DNA of 64,000 bases, from NCBI GenBank assembly GCA_965197645.1, contig OZ240219.1, positions 2,464,001-2,528,000 of the forward strand. The letters run 5' to 3'. The position numbers were made by a program, and so were the translations under genes. This DNA is from Dehalococcoidia bacterium (GTDB lineage: Bacteria; Chloroflexota; Dehalococcoidia; Plut-88900). Below are positions 1 to 8,827 of the stretch, piece by piece; position 1 is the first letter of the stretch, and the number at the start of each line of letters is the position of its first letter. Below the pieces are notes generated by a model. That model was not told the origin of the DNA. It saw only the letters and a list, made by a program, of their open reading frames with translations, and made no database searches.

Positions 1-1
1 G

Positions 2-874
2 AGCGCGGATGCCCGAGGGTATCTGGGCCAGATATCGGAGTCCATGTCCGACGGCATGCGCCACCGGTACCTACCCCAGCTGTGCCAGGCCGGCACGAAG
101 GAGATTATCGGATTCGCTCAAGCTCTCGGGTTGACGGAACCGCCTGAGGAGGCGGTGAGGATGGCGGCCTACGTGGCGGAGCTGATACCCGATGGCGCCA
201 CGCTGCAGATCGGCGCTGGAACCCCTACCGGATACCTGCCCCGGCTTGGCGCCTTCGATGACAAGAAGGACCTGGGCTGGCATTCCGAGATGTGGGCGCG
301 GGGCGCTGTCAAGCTGGTCGAGAGGGGCGTTATCAACGGTTCCCGCAAGACCCTCAACCCGGGCATAACCGTGTCCACCTCGCTTTCGGGGTCATCGGCC
401 GAGGAGATCGAGTATGCCGCCGACAATCCCCTGTTCGAGCTGCGGGAGGTGGACTACGTCGCCAACATCTCCACCGCTTCGGCCCACGACATGTACCACT
501 CGATGAACAACGCCCTCGCGGTGGACTTCAGCGGTCAGATCACCTGCGAGACCGTGGGCGCCCGTCTTTACAACGGGACAGGCGGGCAGGTTGAGTTGCA
601 CATGGGCGGTGTTCTCTCCAGGGGCGGCAGAGCGATGACCCTGATGTGGTCGACGGCGGCCAACGGCACGGTGTCGCGGATAACGCCTCATCTGCCCGAG
701 GGTGCGGCGGTCACGATACCCCGCACCTTCGCCGATACGGTAATCACCGAGTACGGCGTAGCCCAGCTGCTGGGGAAATCCATTCGAGAACGGGCACGGG
801 AGCTGATAGCCATAGCCCACCCCGATTTTCGTAAGGACCTCCAGAAGGCAGCCGACGCGCTCTACTACCCCTGA
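2..874 (+). CDS. Acetyl-CoA hydrolase/CoA-transferase family protein (5' truncated by window)
   Basis: Motifs DGATLQIGAG, DLGWHSEM, NNALAVDFSGQ, GTGGQVE, VITEYGVA, LIAIAHPDFR; frame open back to position 2. Confidence 0.88.
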   Translation, partial: SADARGYLGQISESMSDGMRHRYLPQLCQAGTKEIIGFAQALGLTEPPEEAVRMAAYVAELIPDGATLQIGAGTPTGYLPRLGAFDDKKDLGWHSEMWARGAVKLVERGVINGSRKTLNPGITVSTSLSGSSAEEIEYAADNPLFELREVDYVANISTASAHDMYHSMNNALAVDFSGQITCETVGARLYNGTGGQVELHMGGVLSRGGRAMTLMWSTAANGTVSRITPHLPEGAAVTIPRTFADTVITEYGVAQLLGKSIRERARELIAIAHPDFRKDLQKAADALYYP

Positions 875-982
875 TCTTACCCGGCAAGGGCCGTCGTCAA
901 TTCGACTACAGGTATATGATAGGATAACCCCGACGAGGCTGCAGGGTCTTATCACCGCAGCAGCCAGGTCAAAGGAGGCGCC

Positions 983-1858
983 ATGAAACGCATGACCAGA
1001 GACCGGATATGCCGCAGCTTCAGCGCCGATAAGGAGCCGGCCATCGTCGTCCAGCTGGACGAGACCTTCGTAATGGAGACCACCGACCGGTTCCGCGGTG
1101 TAACGGAGTCGGAGTTCCCCAGTGGCGATGACTCGTTGGTCGATACGATGAATGGTCCCGCCTGCATAGAGGGCGCCAAGGCCGGTGACACTATAAAGAT
1201 CGAAATACTAGACATAACGGCGGCAGCGAAAGAGGCCTACGTCTTCGCCATCCCGGGGCTGGGGCCGTTGACCCAGGACATCTCGGAGTACCACATCGAA
1301 ACGGTCAACGTGGAAGGCGACTCAGCCGTATTCCCCAACGGGATATCCGTCCCCTTCCGGCCCATGCTGGGTCGAATAGGAATAGCGCCCAAGGAGGGGA
1401 GCGCCCCGGTAGACGCCATGGGGCCATTCGGAGGCCAGCTCAGCAATGCCGACGTAACCGTCGGCTCCTCCCTGTACCTGCCCGTGTTCCACGACGGCGC
1501 TTTCCTATCGATAGGGGACTCCCACATGGCCATGGGCGATGGGGAGGCGACCAGCTCGGCCGTGGAGGGGGCGGTAGACGCCACCATGAGGGTCTCTCTT
1601 TCCAAGGAGATACAGGTCGCAGACCCTTTGGTGATGAACGCCAACGACGTTATCACCTGCGGAATGGGCGAGACCATGGAGGAGGCATCGGATATCGCTG
1701 TTAAGGCCATGGCCGACCTCCTGACGGAACGTCTGAAGATCGATCGTATCCAGGCGGCCATGCTCATCGGGTGTGCCGGCGACGTCCGCGCCTGCCTCAC
1801 CCTCCACCCGCCCTACAGGATGAAGGTTGTGATGCCTCGCTCCGTGGCGGGAATCTAG
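983..1858 (+). CDS. Acetamidase/formamidase (FmdA/AmdA) family protein
   Basis: GPACIEGAKAGDTIKIEILDI, PFRPMLG, LYLPVFHDGAFLSIGDSHMAMGDGE; SD AAGGAGG upstream. Confidence 0.85.
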   Translation: MKRMTRDRICRSFSADKEPAIVVQLDETFVMETTDRFRGVTESEFPSGDDSLVDTMNGPACIEGAKAGDTIKIEILDITAAAKEAYVFAIPGLGPLTQDISEYHIETVNVEGDSAVFPNGISVPFRPMLGRIGIAPKEGSAPVDAMGPFGGQLSNADVTVGSSLYLPVFHDGAFLSIGDSHMAMGDGEATSSAVEGAVDATMRVSLSKEIQVADPLVMNANDVITCGMGETMEEASDIAVKAMADLLTERLKIDRIQAAMLIGCAGDVRACLTLHPPYRMKVVMPRSVAGI

Positions 1859-1871
1859 CCGGGAGGACACA

Positions 1872-2486
1872 ATGCCCATCGCAGAGACAGGCGACATCCA
1901 TACCTACTACGACGAAACCGGGGCAGGCACACCGATAATACTCATCCACGGCGGATGGGAGGACGTCACCGAGTGGGACCCTCAGCAAGCGGCTCTCTCT
2001 GAGGGACACAGGTTGATCCGGTACGACCGCCGCGGCTGCGGCCGCTCAGAGCCCAAGGAGGTCGTCCAGACACCGGACCTGTGGGTCGAAGACCTGCGTA
2101 ACCTGATGGACGCCCTCAACATCCACGACGCCATCGTTGGCGGTACCTCCTTTGGCGGCATGCTGACCATCGAGTTCATGCTGAGCTACCCGGAACGGGT
2201 GAAGGCGGCGATAATCGTCAGCGCCACCGCCGGCGGCTACGAAGGCGAGGCCGAGTACGCAGTTCCCTTCCCCGACCGGCTGGCAGCGCTGCGGGATGTT
2301 CGCATCCCTTCCCTGGTGGTCCACGGCACCGACGACGACGTATTTCCCGTCTCCGACGCGGAGGCCATCGCCGGCGCAATCCCCAACTCCAAGCTCGCCG
2401 TCCTCAAGGGCAGCCACTCCGTCAACGCCGACAGTCCCGACGAGTTCAACAAGACCGTCTTGGACTGGCTCGGCACATTACCCTAG
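1872..2486 (+). CDS. Short alpha/beta hydrolase (little or no cap domain)
   Basis: IILIHG, YDRRGCGRS, nucleophile elbow GTSFGG, HGTDD, GSH; SD GGAGG. Confidence 0.85.
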   Translation: MPIAETGDIHTYYDETGAGTPIILIHGGWEDVTEWDPQQAALSEGHRLIRYDRRGCGRSEPKEVVQTPDLWVEDLRNLMDALNIHDAIVGGTSFGGMLTIEFMLSYPERVKAAIIVSATAGGYEGEAEYAVPFPDRLAALRDVRIPSLVVHGTDDDVFPVSDAEAIAGAIPNSKLAVLKGSHSVNADSPDEFNKTVLDWLGTLP

Positions 2487-2681
2487 CTGCCGTATCGGAG
2501 CACCCTGGTTGGAAGGACACGAATGGTGAGGGGCAGCCCACGAATGCAATACAGGGTGGGAGGGCAGACCAACCTGGGGATGGGGCCCATCCTAATGGCG
2601 AGCCCGTAAAAGGCAGCGCCTCTGCACCTGAGTGACGGTGGCCAAATGGCACTTCCGCATGCGAAGAGACGCCCACTGGGC

Positions 2682-2687
2682 TATAAT
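2682..2687 (+). promoter_or_regulatory. -10 box (TATAAT) upstream of the urease-like operon
   Basis: Consensus TATAAT about 45 nt before the ureA start; SD AGGAGG at 2720-2725. Confidence 0.55.
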
Positions 2688-2731
2688 TGACCCCGCCTTA
2701 CACCTTTACCCCCTTCCACAGGAGGACGTAA

Positions 2732-3034
2732 ATGCGCCTTACCCCTAAAGAGATGGACCGCCTGACCATCTTCTCCGCCGCCGAGCTGGCACGCCGCCGC
2801 CGGGACAAGGGCCTCAAGCTCAACTATCCCGAAGCGGTAGCCCTCATCTGCGACGAGCTGCTGGAGGACGGTCGAGAGGGCAAGAACTACGAGGAAGTCA
2901 TGGACCACGCCGTCAGCATCCTCACTACCGATGACGTGCTCAATGGAGTCCCCGAGCTGGTCACCCCGATCCGCCTCGAAGTCACCTTCGATGACGGCAA
3001 CAAGCTTATCTACGTCGAAGACCCTATAAGATAG
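2732..3034 (+). CDS. ureA: Urease gamma subunit (divergent)
   Basis: MRLTPKE...GLKLNYPEAVALI...GVPEL...EVTFDDGNKLI; 100 aa. Confidence 0.93.
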   Translation: MRLTPKEMDRLTIFSAAELARRRRDKGLKLNYPEAVALICDELLEDGREGKNYEEVMDHAVSILTTDDVLNGVPELVTPIRLEVTFDDGNKLIYVEDPIR

Positions 3035-3045
3035 GAGACCACCCC

Positions 3046-3417
3046 GTGAAACCAGGCGAAATCATACCTGCCCAGGGCAGCATCCGCATAAACGAGGGCC
3101 GCGAGTCCATTACAGTATCCGTGGAAAATACCTCCGATCACGCCGTGCAGATCACCTCCCACTACCACTTCTTCGAGGCCAACAAGCGACTCCGCTTCGA
3201 TAGAGCGGCAGCATACGGCCGCCGGTTGGACGTGCCCGCCGGCGCCGGCGTCCGATGGGAAGCCGGCGAGACGAAAGATGTCCAGCTCATCGAAATTGGC
3301 GGCAAGCGGAGGGTATTCGGGTTTCAGGGCTTCGTTAACGGCCATCTTAGCGATGAACAACAGGGCGAAGCCCTGGCAAGAGCCCACGACCGTGGGTTCA
3401 TGGACGTGGAGGAATAA
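3046..3417 (+). CDS. ureB: Urease beta subunit (divergent)
   Basis: MKPGEII, QITSHYHFFEAN, LRFDR, RLDVPAG, VFGF. Confidence 0.93.
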   Translation: MKPGEIIPAQGSIRINEGRESITVSVENTSDHAVQITSHYHFFEANKRLRFDRAAAYGRRLDVPAGAGVRWEAGETKDVQLIEIGGKRRVFGFQGFVNGHLSDEQQGEALARAHDRGFMDVEE

Positions 3418-3419
3418 CC

Positions 3420-5096
3420 ATGGCCGGTGAATTGGACCGCTCTGAATACAACGCTCTCTATGGGCCCACCACCGGAGACCGGATACGGCTGGGCGATACC
3501 GACCTGATCATGGAGGTCGAGGCCGACCACACCTCGTACGGCAACGAGGTCCTGTCCGGCTGGGGCAAGACCGCTCGTACCGGCATGATGCACGCCTATC
3601 GACGACCCAGGGACAGCGAGCTCGACGCCCTCATTGCCAACGTCATAATCATGGACCCGGTCCTGGGCATCTTCAAAGGCGATATCGGGATCAAGGACGG
3701 CCTCATCGCCGGGGTCGGCCGCGCCGGCAATCCGGACATCATGGACGGGGTGGATCTGGTCATCGGCCCCAACACGGACGTGTTTCCCGTCGGCGGCCTG
3801 ATAGCTACACCGGGCGGCGTCGACAGCCACGTCCACATCTACCACAACCCCAAGCTGATGCAGACCGCCATAAGCGCCGGGCTGACCACTTTCATCGGCG
3901 CCGGGCTGAACCACAACGACTACTTTACCATCCACAAGTACTTCGAGGCCTTCGAGGAGATTCCGATAAACCTGGGCGTCCAGGGCAGGGGCGCCGCCAG
4001 TCATCCCGCCCCCATCGAGCGAAACATCGAGGCCGGGGCCTGCGGCATGAAGATCCACGAGGACGAGGGCGCATATCCCTACGTCATCGACCTCTGCCTG
4101 CAGGTCGCCGAGCAGTACGACGTGTCCGTTGCGCTTCACACCGACGGTCTTCAGGAATCGATGCAGGTCACCGATACCATAGAAGCTGTCGGTGGCCGGG
4201 CCCTTCACGCCTACCACGTTGAGGGTGTTGGCGGCGGCCATGCGCCCGATCTGCTCAAGCTGGCCGGCGTCGAAAACATCATGACCTCCTCCACCACCCC
4301 AACCGTCCCCTACACCGCCGGCACTTACCAGGAGCACTTCCCGATGACGGCCCAGATCCACGGGCTCTCCTACGAGCTGCCGTCCGACGTGGCCGCCCTC
4401 GAGGCCCGGGTGCGCCGCGAGACCATGGCCGCCGAGGACGTGCTTCACGATATGGGCGCCGTCCCCATCATCAACTCCGACTCCCAGGGAATGGGTCGCA
4501 TAGGAGAGGTGATCACCCGGGCCTGGCAGCTTGCGCACAAGATGAAGCTGGAGCGGGGCGCTTCCAACCCGGACAACGACAACGATCGCATCCTCCAGTA
4601 TCTCGCCAAGGTAACCATCAACCCCGCTATTACCCACGGCATATCCGACTACGTTGGCTCCCTAGAGAAGGGCAAAATGGCCGACATAGTGCTCTGGCAG
4701 CCTCGCTTCTTCGGTGTGAAACCCGAAACGGTCATCAAGGGCGGGTTCACCACGTGGGGAGCAAACGGCGAGGGCAACGCCTCGATAGGCCACTCCGAGC
4801 CGGTGATCTACGGCCCATCCTTCGGCGCCATGGGACACGCCGCCGGAAAGCTGAGCGCCTTCTTTGTGTCACAAGCATCCGTGGACAAGGGATTGGAGAA
4901 GCAGCTGGGCAGCCGGCGCCAGGTCCTGCCTGTCAGGAACGTCCGGTCCGCTTCCAAGCGGAAGATGAACCGCAACAGCCTCAACCCGGACATCAACATC
5001 GATCCTCAGACCTCCCGGGTGTTGGTCAACGGACAGGAAGCCACCTCCGAGGCCGTCACCGAGGTGGCCCTAAACAGGCTCTACGTGATCACCTAG
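3420..5096 (+). CDS. ureC: Urease alpha subunit-like dinuclear amidohydrolase with atypical active-site loops
   Basis: YGPTTGDRIRLGDT, DSHVH, KIHED, LHTD, HVEGVGGGHAPD, SDSQGMGR, TINPAITHGI; flap MVCHHL replaced by AQIHGL. Confidence 0.9.
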   Translation: MAGELDRSEYNALYGPTTGDRIRLGDTDLIMEVEADHTSYGNEVLSGWGKTARTGMMHAYRRPRDSELDALIANVIIMDPVLGIFKGDIGIKDGLIAGVGRAGNPDIMDGVDLVIGPNTDVFPVGGLIATPGGVDSHVHIYHNPKLMQTAISAGLTTFIGAGLNHNDYFTIHKYFEAFEEIPINLGVQGRGAASHPAPIERNIEAGACGMKIHEDEGAYPYVIDLCLQVAEQYDVSVALHTDGLQESMQVTDTIEAVGGRALHAYHVEGVGGGHAPDLLKLAGVENIMTSSTTPTVPYTAGTYQEHFPMTAQIHGLSYELPSDVAALEARVRRETMAAEDVLHDMGAVPIINSDSQGMGRIGEVITRAWQLAHKMKLERGASNPDNDNDRILQYLAKVTINPAITHGISDYVGSLEKGKMADIVLWQPRFFGVKPETVIKGGFTTWGANGEGNASIGHSEPVIYGPSFGAMGHAAGKLSAFFVSQASVDKGLEKQLGSRRQVLPVRNVRSASKRKMNRNSLNPDINIDPQTSRVLVNGQEATSEAVTEVALNRLYVIT

Positions 5097-5166
5097 CATC
5101 CTGGGCCAGGGATTAGCCGCCTTGTTTGGGAGACCCCCCGATAGGCTCAGTGTGAAGGGGTCTCGC

Positions 5167-5580
5167 CTAGTCGTCGAGCCCGAGCTCACGAAGCAGTTCG
5201 ACGGTCTCCTCGTACTCTTCAGGCTTTGGAAGATCATCGAACTTTTTGAACTGTCCCGAGGCGGCTCTTAAGGCCGTCTGCAGACGCCCCTCCAGCTCGG
5301 CGCCGCGGGAGACCAGTGTAGGTATGATCTCCCTCCGTCCGTACATGATGGCGTAGTCAAGGGGCGTCGCGTTACGGTCCTGATCTTGAAGCTCGAGACT
5401 GGCTCCGCGATCAAGAAGAAGCTCGATCATTTGCAGGCGGTCTTGGAAAATCGCCCAATGGATGGGAGGGGGCGTCTCCTCCACCGAATCGACGAGTTCA
5501 GGTTGAGCTGCAAGCAAGGACTTCGCCTGGCTCAAGTCGTCCGCGTCGATTGCGTCATACAACTGGTCCAGGCTGCCCAT
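5167..5580 (-). CDS. Small ankyrin-repeat protein
   Basis: PPIHWAI...IELLLDRGA and TPLDYAI...LVSRGA ankyrin motifs. Confidence 0.8.
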   Translation of the reverse strand: MGSLDQLYDAIDADDLSQAKSLLAAQPELVDSVEETPPPIHWAIFQDRLQMIELLLDRGASLELQDQDRNATPLDYAIMYGRREIIPTLVSRGAELEGRLQTALRAASGQFKKFDDLPKPEEYEETVELLRELGLDD

Positions 5581-5594
5581 GGCCTACGCCCTTT

Positions 5595-6398
5595 TTACCT
5601 TCTCCTCGCCCTTCCTCTCAGAGCCAACAATGCCAGCGAGAGGCTGACCATCCCTACAACTGTAATCGCCCCCAACCCACGAGCGAGGTCACCTACGTTC
5701 CAACCTTCTGTAATCAGCGAGCGCAGCGCTTCCAGCAGGTAGGTCACCGGGTTGAACTGGACTATCGTGCCCAACCAGCCCGTCATCACCTCCCGAGGCA
5801 CGAATACGGTGGTCAGAAACACGAAGGGCATGAACAGGATAAAGCTGGTGTTCACCGCCGCTGGGTTGCCAGTCTTGAGGGCTATGGCGTAGGGAAAACC
5901 GGTGAACACCAGCGACCACGCCGACGCCATGAAGACGAACACCAACACCCCAATGGGCCCCGTTTCGAACCGAACGCCCCATATGAACCCGATGGTCAAT
6001 ATTGGCACCGTCAACAGTATCACCAGTGCTACATCGGCCACCATCAGCCCCAGCAGCAGCGCCAGCCGGCGCACCGGCGTGATCACCAACCTATCGAAGT
6101 AGCCGCTCTGGATATCCGTAACCAGCGTGATAGCCCGTGAGATGCCGGTCACGGTAAAGAGTATCGCCACCGGAAGTTGGAATGCCTTGTAGTCGATGCC
6201 CGGAATCGTCTCGGCGAAGTCCTGCAGCGCTCCGATGTTAATCGTATAGAAAAATGCGCCCATCACGATCACCGGCACCACCGCTTCAGGGTCCCGGCGT
6301 GTCAGCCTGAGGGCCCTGCTCGCCACAGATATCAGGTCCTTGACGAACCCTGCTCGCCGCGCCCTGATCTCCGTTCCCGTCTGTGTGAGAGTAGTCAT
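5595..6398 (-). CDS. ABC-2 type exporter permease
   Basis: Six hydrophobic segments, DIQSGYFDRLVITPV, NPVTYLLEALRSL; overlaps the ATPase stop. Confidence 0.9.
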   Translation of the reverse strand: MTTLTQTGTEIRARRAGFVKDLISVASRALRLTRRDPEAVVPVIVMGAFFYTINIGALQDFAETIPGIDYKAFQLPVAILFTVTGISRAITLVTDIQSGYFDRLVITPVRRLALLLGLMVADVALVILLTVPILTIGFIWGVRFETGPIGVLVFVFMASAWSLVFTGFPYAIALKTGNPAAVNTSFILFMPFVFLTTVFVPREVMTGWLGTIVQFNPVTYLLEALRSLITEGWNVGDLARGLGAITVVGMVSLSLALLALRGRARRR

Positions 6399-7369
6399 GA
6401 CCTCGTCTCCTGCGGACCCGCATCATTCAGTAAGCGGCCGCCGGTGAAGTGCAGGAACACGTCGTCCAGCGTCGGTGTCCTGAGAGTAAGCTCCTGAACC
6501 TCGATCTTGGCCTCGTTCATAGCTACGGCTATACTGCCGATGAGGGCAGTGCCCGAATCCACTCTGATAGTCAACGTCTCTCCATGCACCCCGATGGCTT
6601 CGACACCAGGTATCTTCTCCACCACCTCAGAAGCCGTTGCTGCGTCTGCGTCTCCGGGCAACCTAGCAATAACGACGTCCGAGCCAATGGAGTGCTTCAA
6701 CTCCATTGGCGTCCCTTCAGCGGCCAGCTTTCCGTTGCTGATTATTCCTACCCGGTCGGCCAGGGCGTCGGCTTCGTCCAGGTAGTGAGTTGTGAGGAAA
6801 ATGGTCATACCAAGCTGCTGGTTGATGAGCTTCACCTCTTCCCAGACCCGAACCCGGCTTATCGGGTCCAGGCCGGTAGTCGGCTCGTCCAGAAACAGCA
6901 CCTGTGGGTTGTGTATCAGGGAGGCCGCCACGTCTAGCCGGCGTTTCATGCCTCCGGAATAGGTCCCTATCCGCCGATCGATAGCGCCGCCTATGTCCAC
7001 CATGGACATCAACTCATCGGTGCGACGAACTGCTTCCCGGCCCGTCAGCCCGTACAGCCTACCCTGGAGGTGCAGCAGCTCCCGGCCCGTCTGTTTATCG
7101 TCCAGGGCAGCTTCTTGCATCGCCGCTCCGATAGCCAATCTGACCGCTCCGGGATCGGCGACTACGTCGTGGCCTGCTATCACGGCCCTGCCTTTCGTAG
7201 GCAGTAGAAGAGTGATCAGGATGCGTACCAGCGTGGTCTTGCCCGCGCCATTGGGGCCAAGGAATCCGTACACTTCTCCCGGGGATACGGCCAGGTCCAC
7301 CCCATCGACCGCCCTCACGTCGCCGAACGTACGCACCAGTCCCTCTGTGTAGATCGCGAAGTCGTTCAT
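6395..7369 (-). CDS. ABC exporter ATP-binding protein (DrrA-like)
   Basis: Walker A GPNGAGKTT, signature YSGGM, Walker B LFLDEPT, TTH. Confidence 0.93.
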   Translation of the reverse strand: MNDFAIYTEGLVRTFGDVRAVDGVDLAVSPGEVYGFLGPNGAGKTTLVRILITLLLPTKGRAVIAGHDVVADPGAVRLAIGAAMQEAALDDKQTGRELLHLQGRLYGLTGREAVRRTDELMSMVDIGGAIDRRIGTYSGGMKRRLDVAASLIHNPQVLFLDEPTTGLDPISRVRVWEEVKLINQQLGMTIFLTTHYLDEADALADRVGIISNGKLAAEGTPMELKHSIGSDVVIARLPGDADAATASEVVEKIPGVEAIGVHGETLTIRVDSGTALIGSIAVAMNEAKIEVQELTLRTPTLDDVFLHFTGGRLLNDAGPQETRS

Positions 7370-7379
7370 AGATTACGAA

Positions 7380-7409
7380 AGGCGGTTCCCGGAATACCGG
7401 GAACCGCCT
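7380..7409 (-). terminator. Perfect 13-bp hairpin between thiolase and ABC ATPase
   Basis: aggcggttcccgg-aata-ccgggaaccgcct; short U-run on the minus strand; 10 nt before the ABC start codon. Confidence 0.6.
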
Positions 7410-7479
7410 CCTAACGTTGTCTCCCTTTTTTTGATCCGAGGGGAGCCCTCAGCGGTCAGGATGCCTTTCGGGACCTATG

Positions 7480-8625
7480 CTAGTCGGCCCCCAGCACGAT
7501 GGTGCCGCACGAAGAAAGCGTACCGCCCGTGCCGTTCACCAGGGATAGCTTGCAGTCAGGCACCTGCCGGTCTCCACACTCACCCCTGAGCTGTCGAGCA
7601 GCCTCCAGCAGCAGGAACATTCCGTACATGCCGGTGTGGCAATAGGACAGTCCGCCGCCGTTAGTGTTCATGGGAAACTCACCGCCGGGGGCCGTCCGCT
7701 GGTTGGCCACCAGATCGGCGCCTTCGCCCGGCTTGCAGAATCCCAGGCTCTCCAAAGTTATCAGCACCGTGTAGGTGAACGAGTCGTAGATCATGGCCAG
7801 ATCGATGTCATCGTGGGTGACGCCCGCCATCTCCAGCGCTCGAGGCCCGGTCTCCCGGGCAATGGTGGAGGTGACGTCGGGCATCTGTCCCAGCCCGCCG
7901 CCGTGGTCGTGTCCTTCGGCGGTGCCCAGGACCCAGACTGGGCTCTTCTTGCAGTTTCGCGCCACGTCGGCCGACGTAATGACAACCGCGCCACCGCCAT
8001 CGGTGACCAGGCAGCAATCGAACAGATGGAAGGGCCAGGAAATCCACCTGGAATCGTGATAGTCCTGGACGCTCATATCGTCATGCATCAACGCCTTGGG
8101 ATTGAGCTGGGCCCATTTGCGGGTGGCCACGGCAATCTCCGCCATGGCGTTGCGGGCCTTCTCCTCTCCGTACCGGTGCATGTACTGGGAACAGGCCATG
8201 GCGTAAGAGTGGGGAGCAATCACAAACCCGTAAGGGTCTTCGTACTGGGCGGAAGGTATGTTGGGATTTCCGCCGCCGTAAGCCCGGCTGCTGCGCCCCG
8301 CCTCGCCATGGATGATTACGGCCGTTTCTATCAGGCCTGCACTGATGGCCGCCAGAGCGTGCTGCACGTAGATGACGAACGAGGAGCCGCCCACCTGGGT
8401 GCAGTCCGTATACTTGGGGACCATCCCCAGGTATTCCGCCATATCGTAGGTGCTGGGGCCGGCCATGAATATGGCATCCATGTCTTTCAGGGTCAGCCCT
8501 GCGTCGTCGAGAGCGTTGAACGTAGCTTCGGCGCCCAGTTGCATCATAGACTTGCCGGGAACGACTCCTATCTCATCAGATTCATCGACGCCTACTATGG
8601 CGGCTTTACGGGACAGTTCACCCAT
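7480..8625 (-). CDS. SCP2/Ltp2-type thiolase-fold protein
   Basis: AAIVGV, FDCCLVTDGGGA, MIYDSFT, NTNGGGLSYCHTGMYG; GGSS in place of the nucleophilic Cys motif. Confidence 0.85.
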   Translation of the reverse strand: MGELSRKAAIVGVDESDEIGVVPGKSMMQLGAEATFNALDDAGLTLKDMDAIFMAGPSTYDMAEYLGMVPKYTDCTQVGGSSFVIYVQHALAAISAGLIETAVIIHGEAGRSSRAYGGGNPNIPSAQYEDPYGFVIAPHSYAMACSQYMHRYGEEKARNAMAEIAVATRKWAQLNPKALMHDDMSVQDYHDSRWISWPFHLFDCCLVTDGGGAVVITSADVARNCKKSPVWVLGTAEGHDHGGGLGQMPDVTSTIARETGPRALEMAGVTHDDIDLAMIYDSFTYTVLITLESLGFCKPGEGADLVANQRTAPGGEFPMNTNGGGLSYCHTGMYGMFLLLEAARQLRGECGDRQVPDCKLSLVNGTGGTLSSCGTIVLGAD

Positions 8626-8665
8626 GATCTACCTCCTAATCGAACTGGAGAATGCAGGTACGGGA

Positions 8666-8694
8666 ATGATATTGGCTCAGACGGTCACGGTCAA
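8666..8694 (-). promoter_or_regulatory. sigma70-type promoter for thiolase gene
   Basis: TTGACC-N17-TATCAT on the minus strand; SD AGGAGGT before ATG. Confidence 0.6.
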
Positions 8695-8827
8695 GACGTA
8701 GTGGAAGATGCCCGACTCGTGGTCTTGGACCTCATCGAGCGCCTCCGCCTCTCCTACGATTGAATTTGGATATACTACAGTGCAATCGACAGTGCCCGAG
8801 ACCGTTGAAAGAGAGAGGAGCAGGTAA

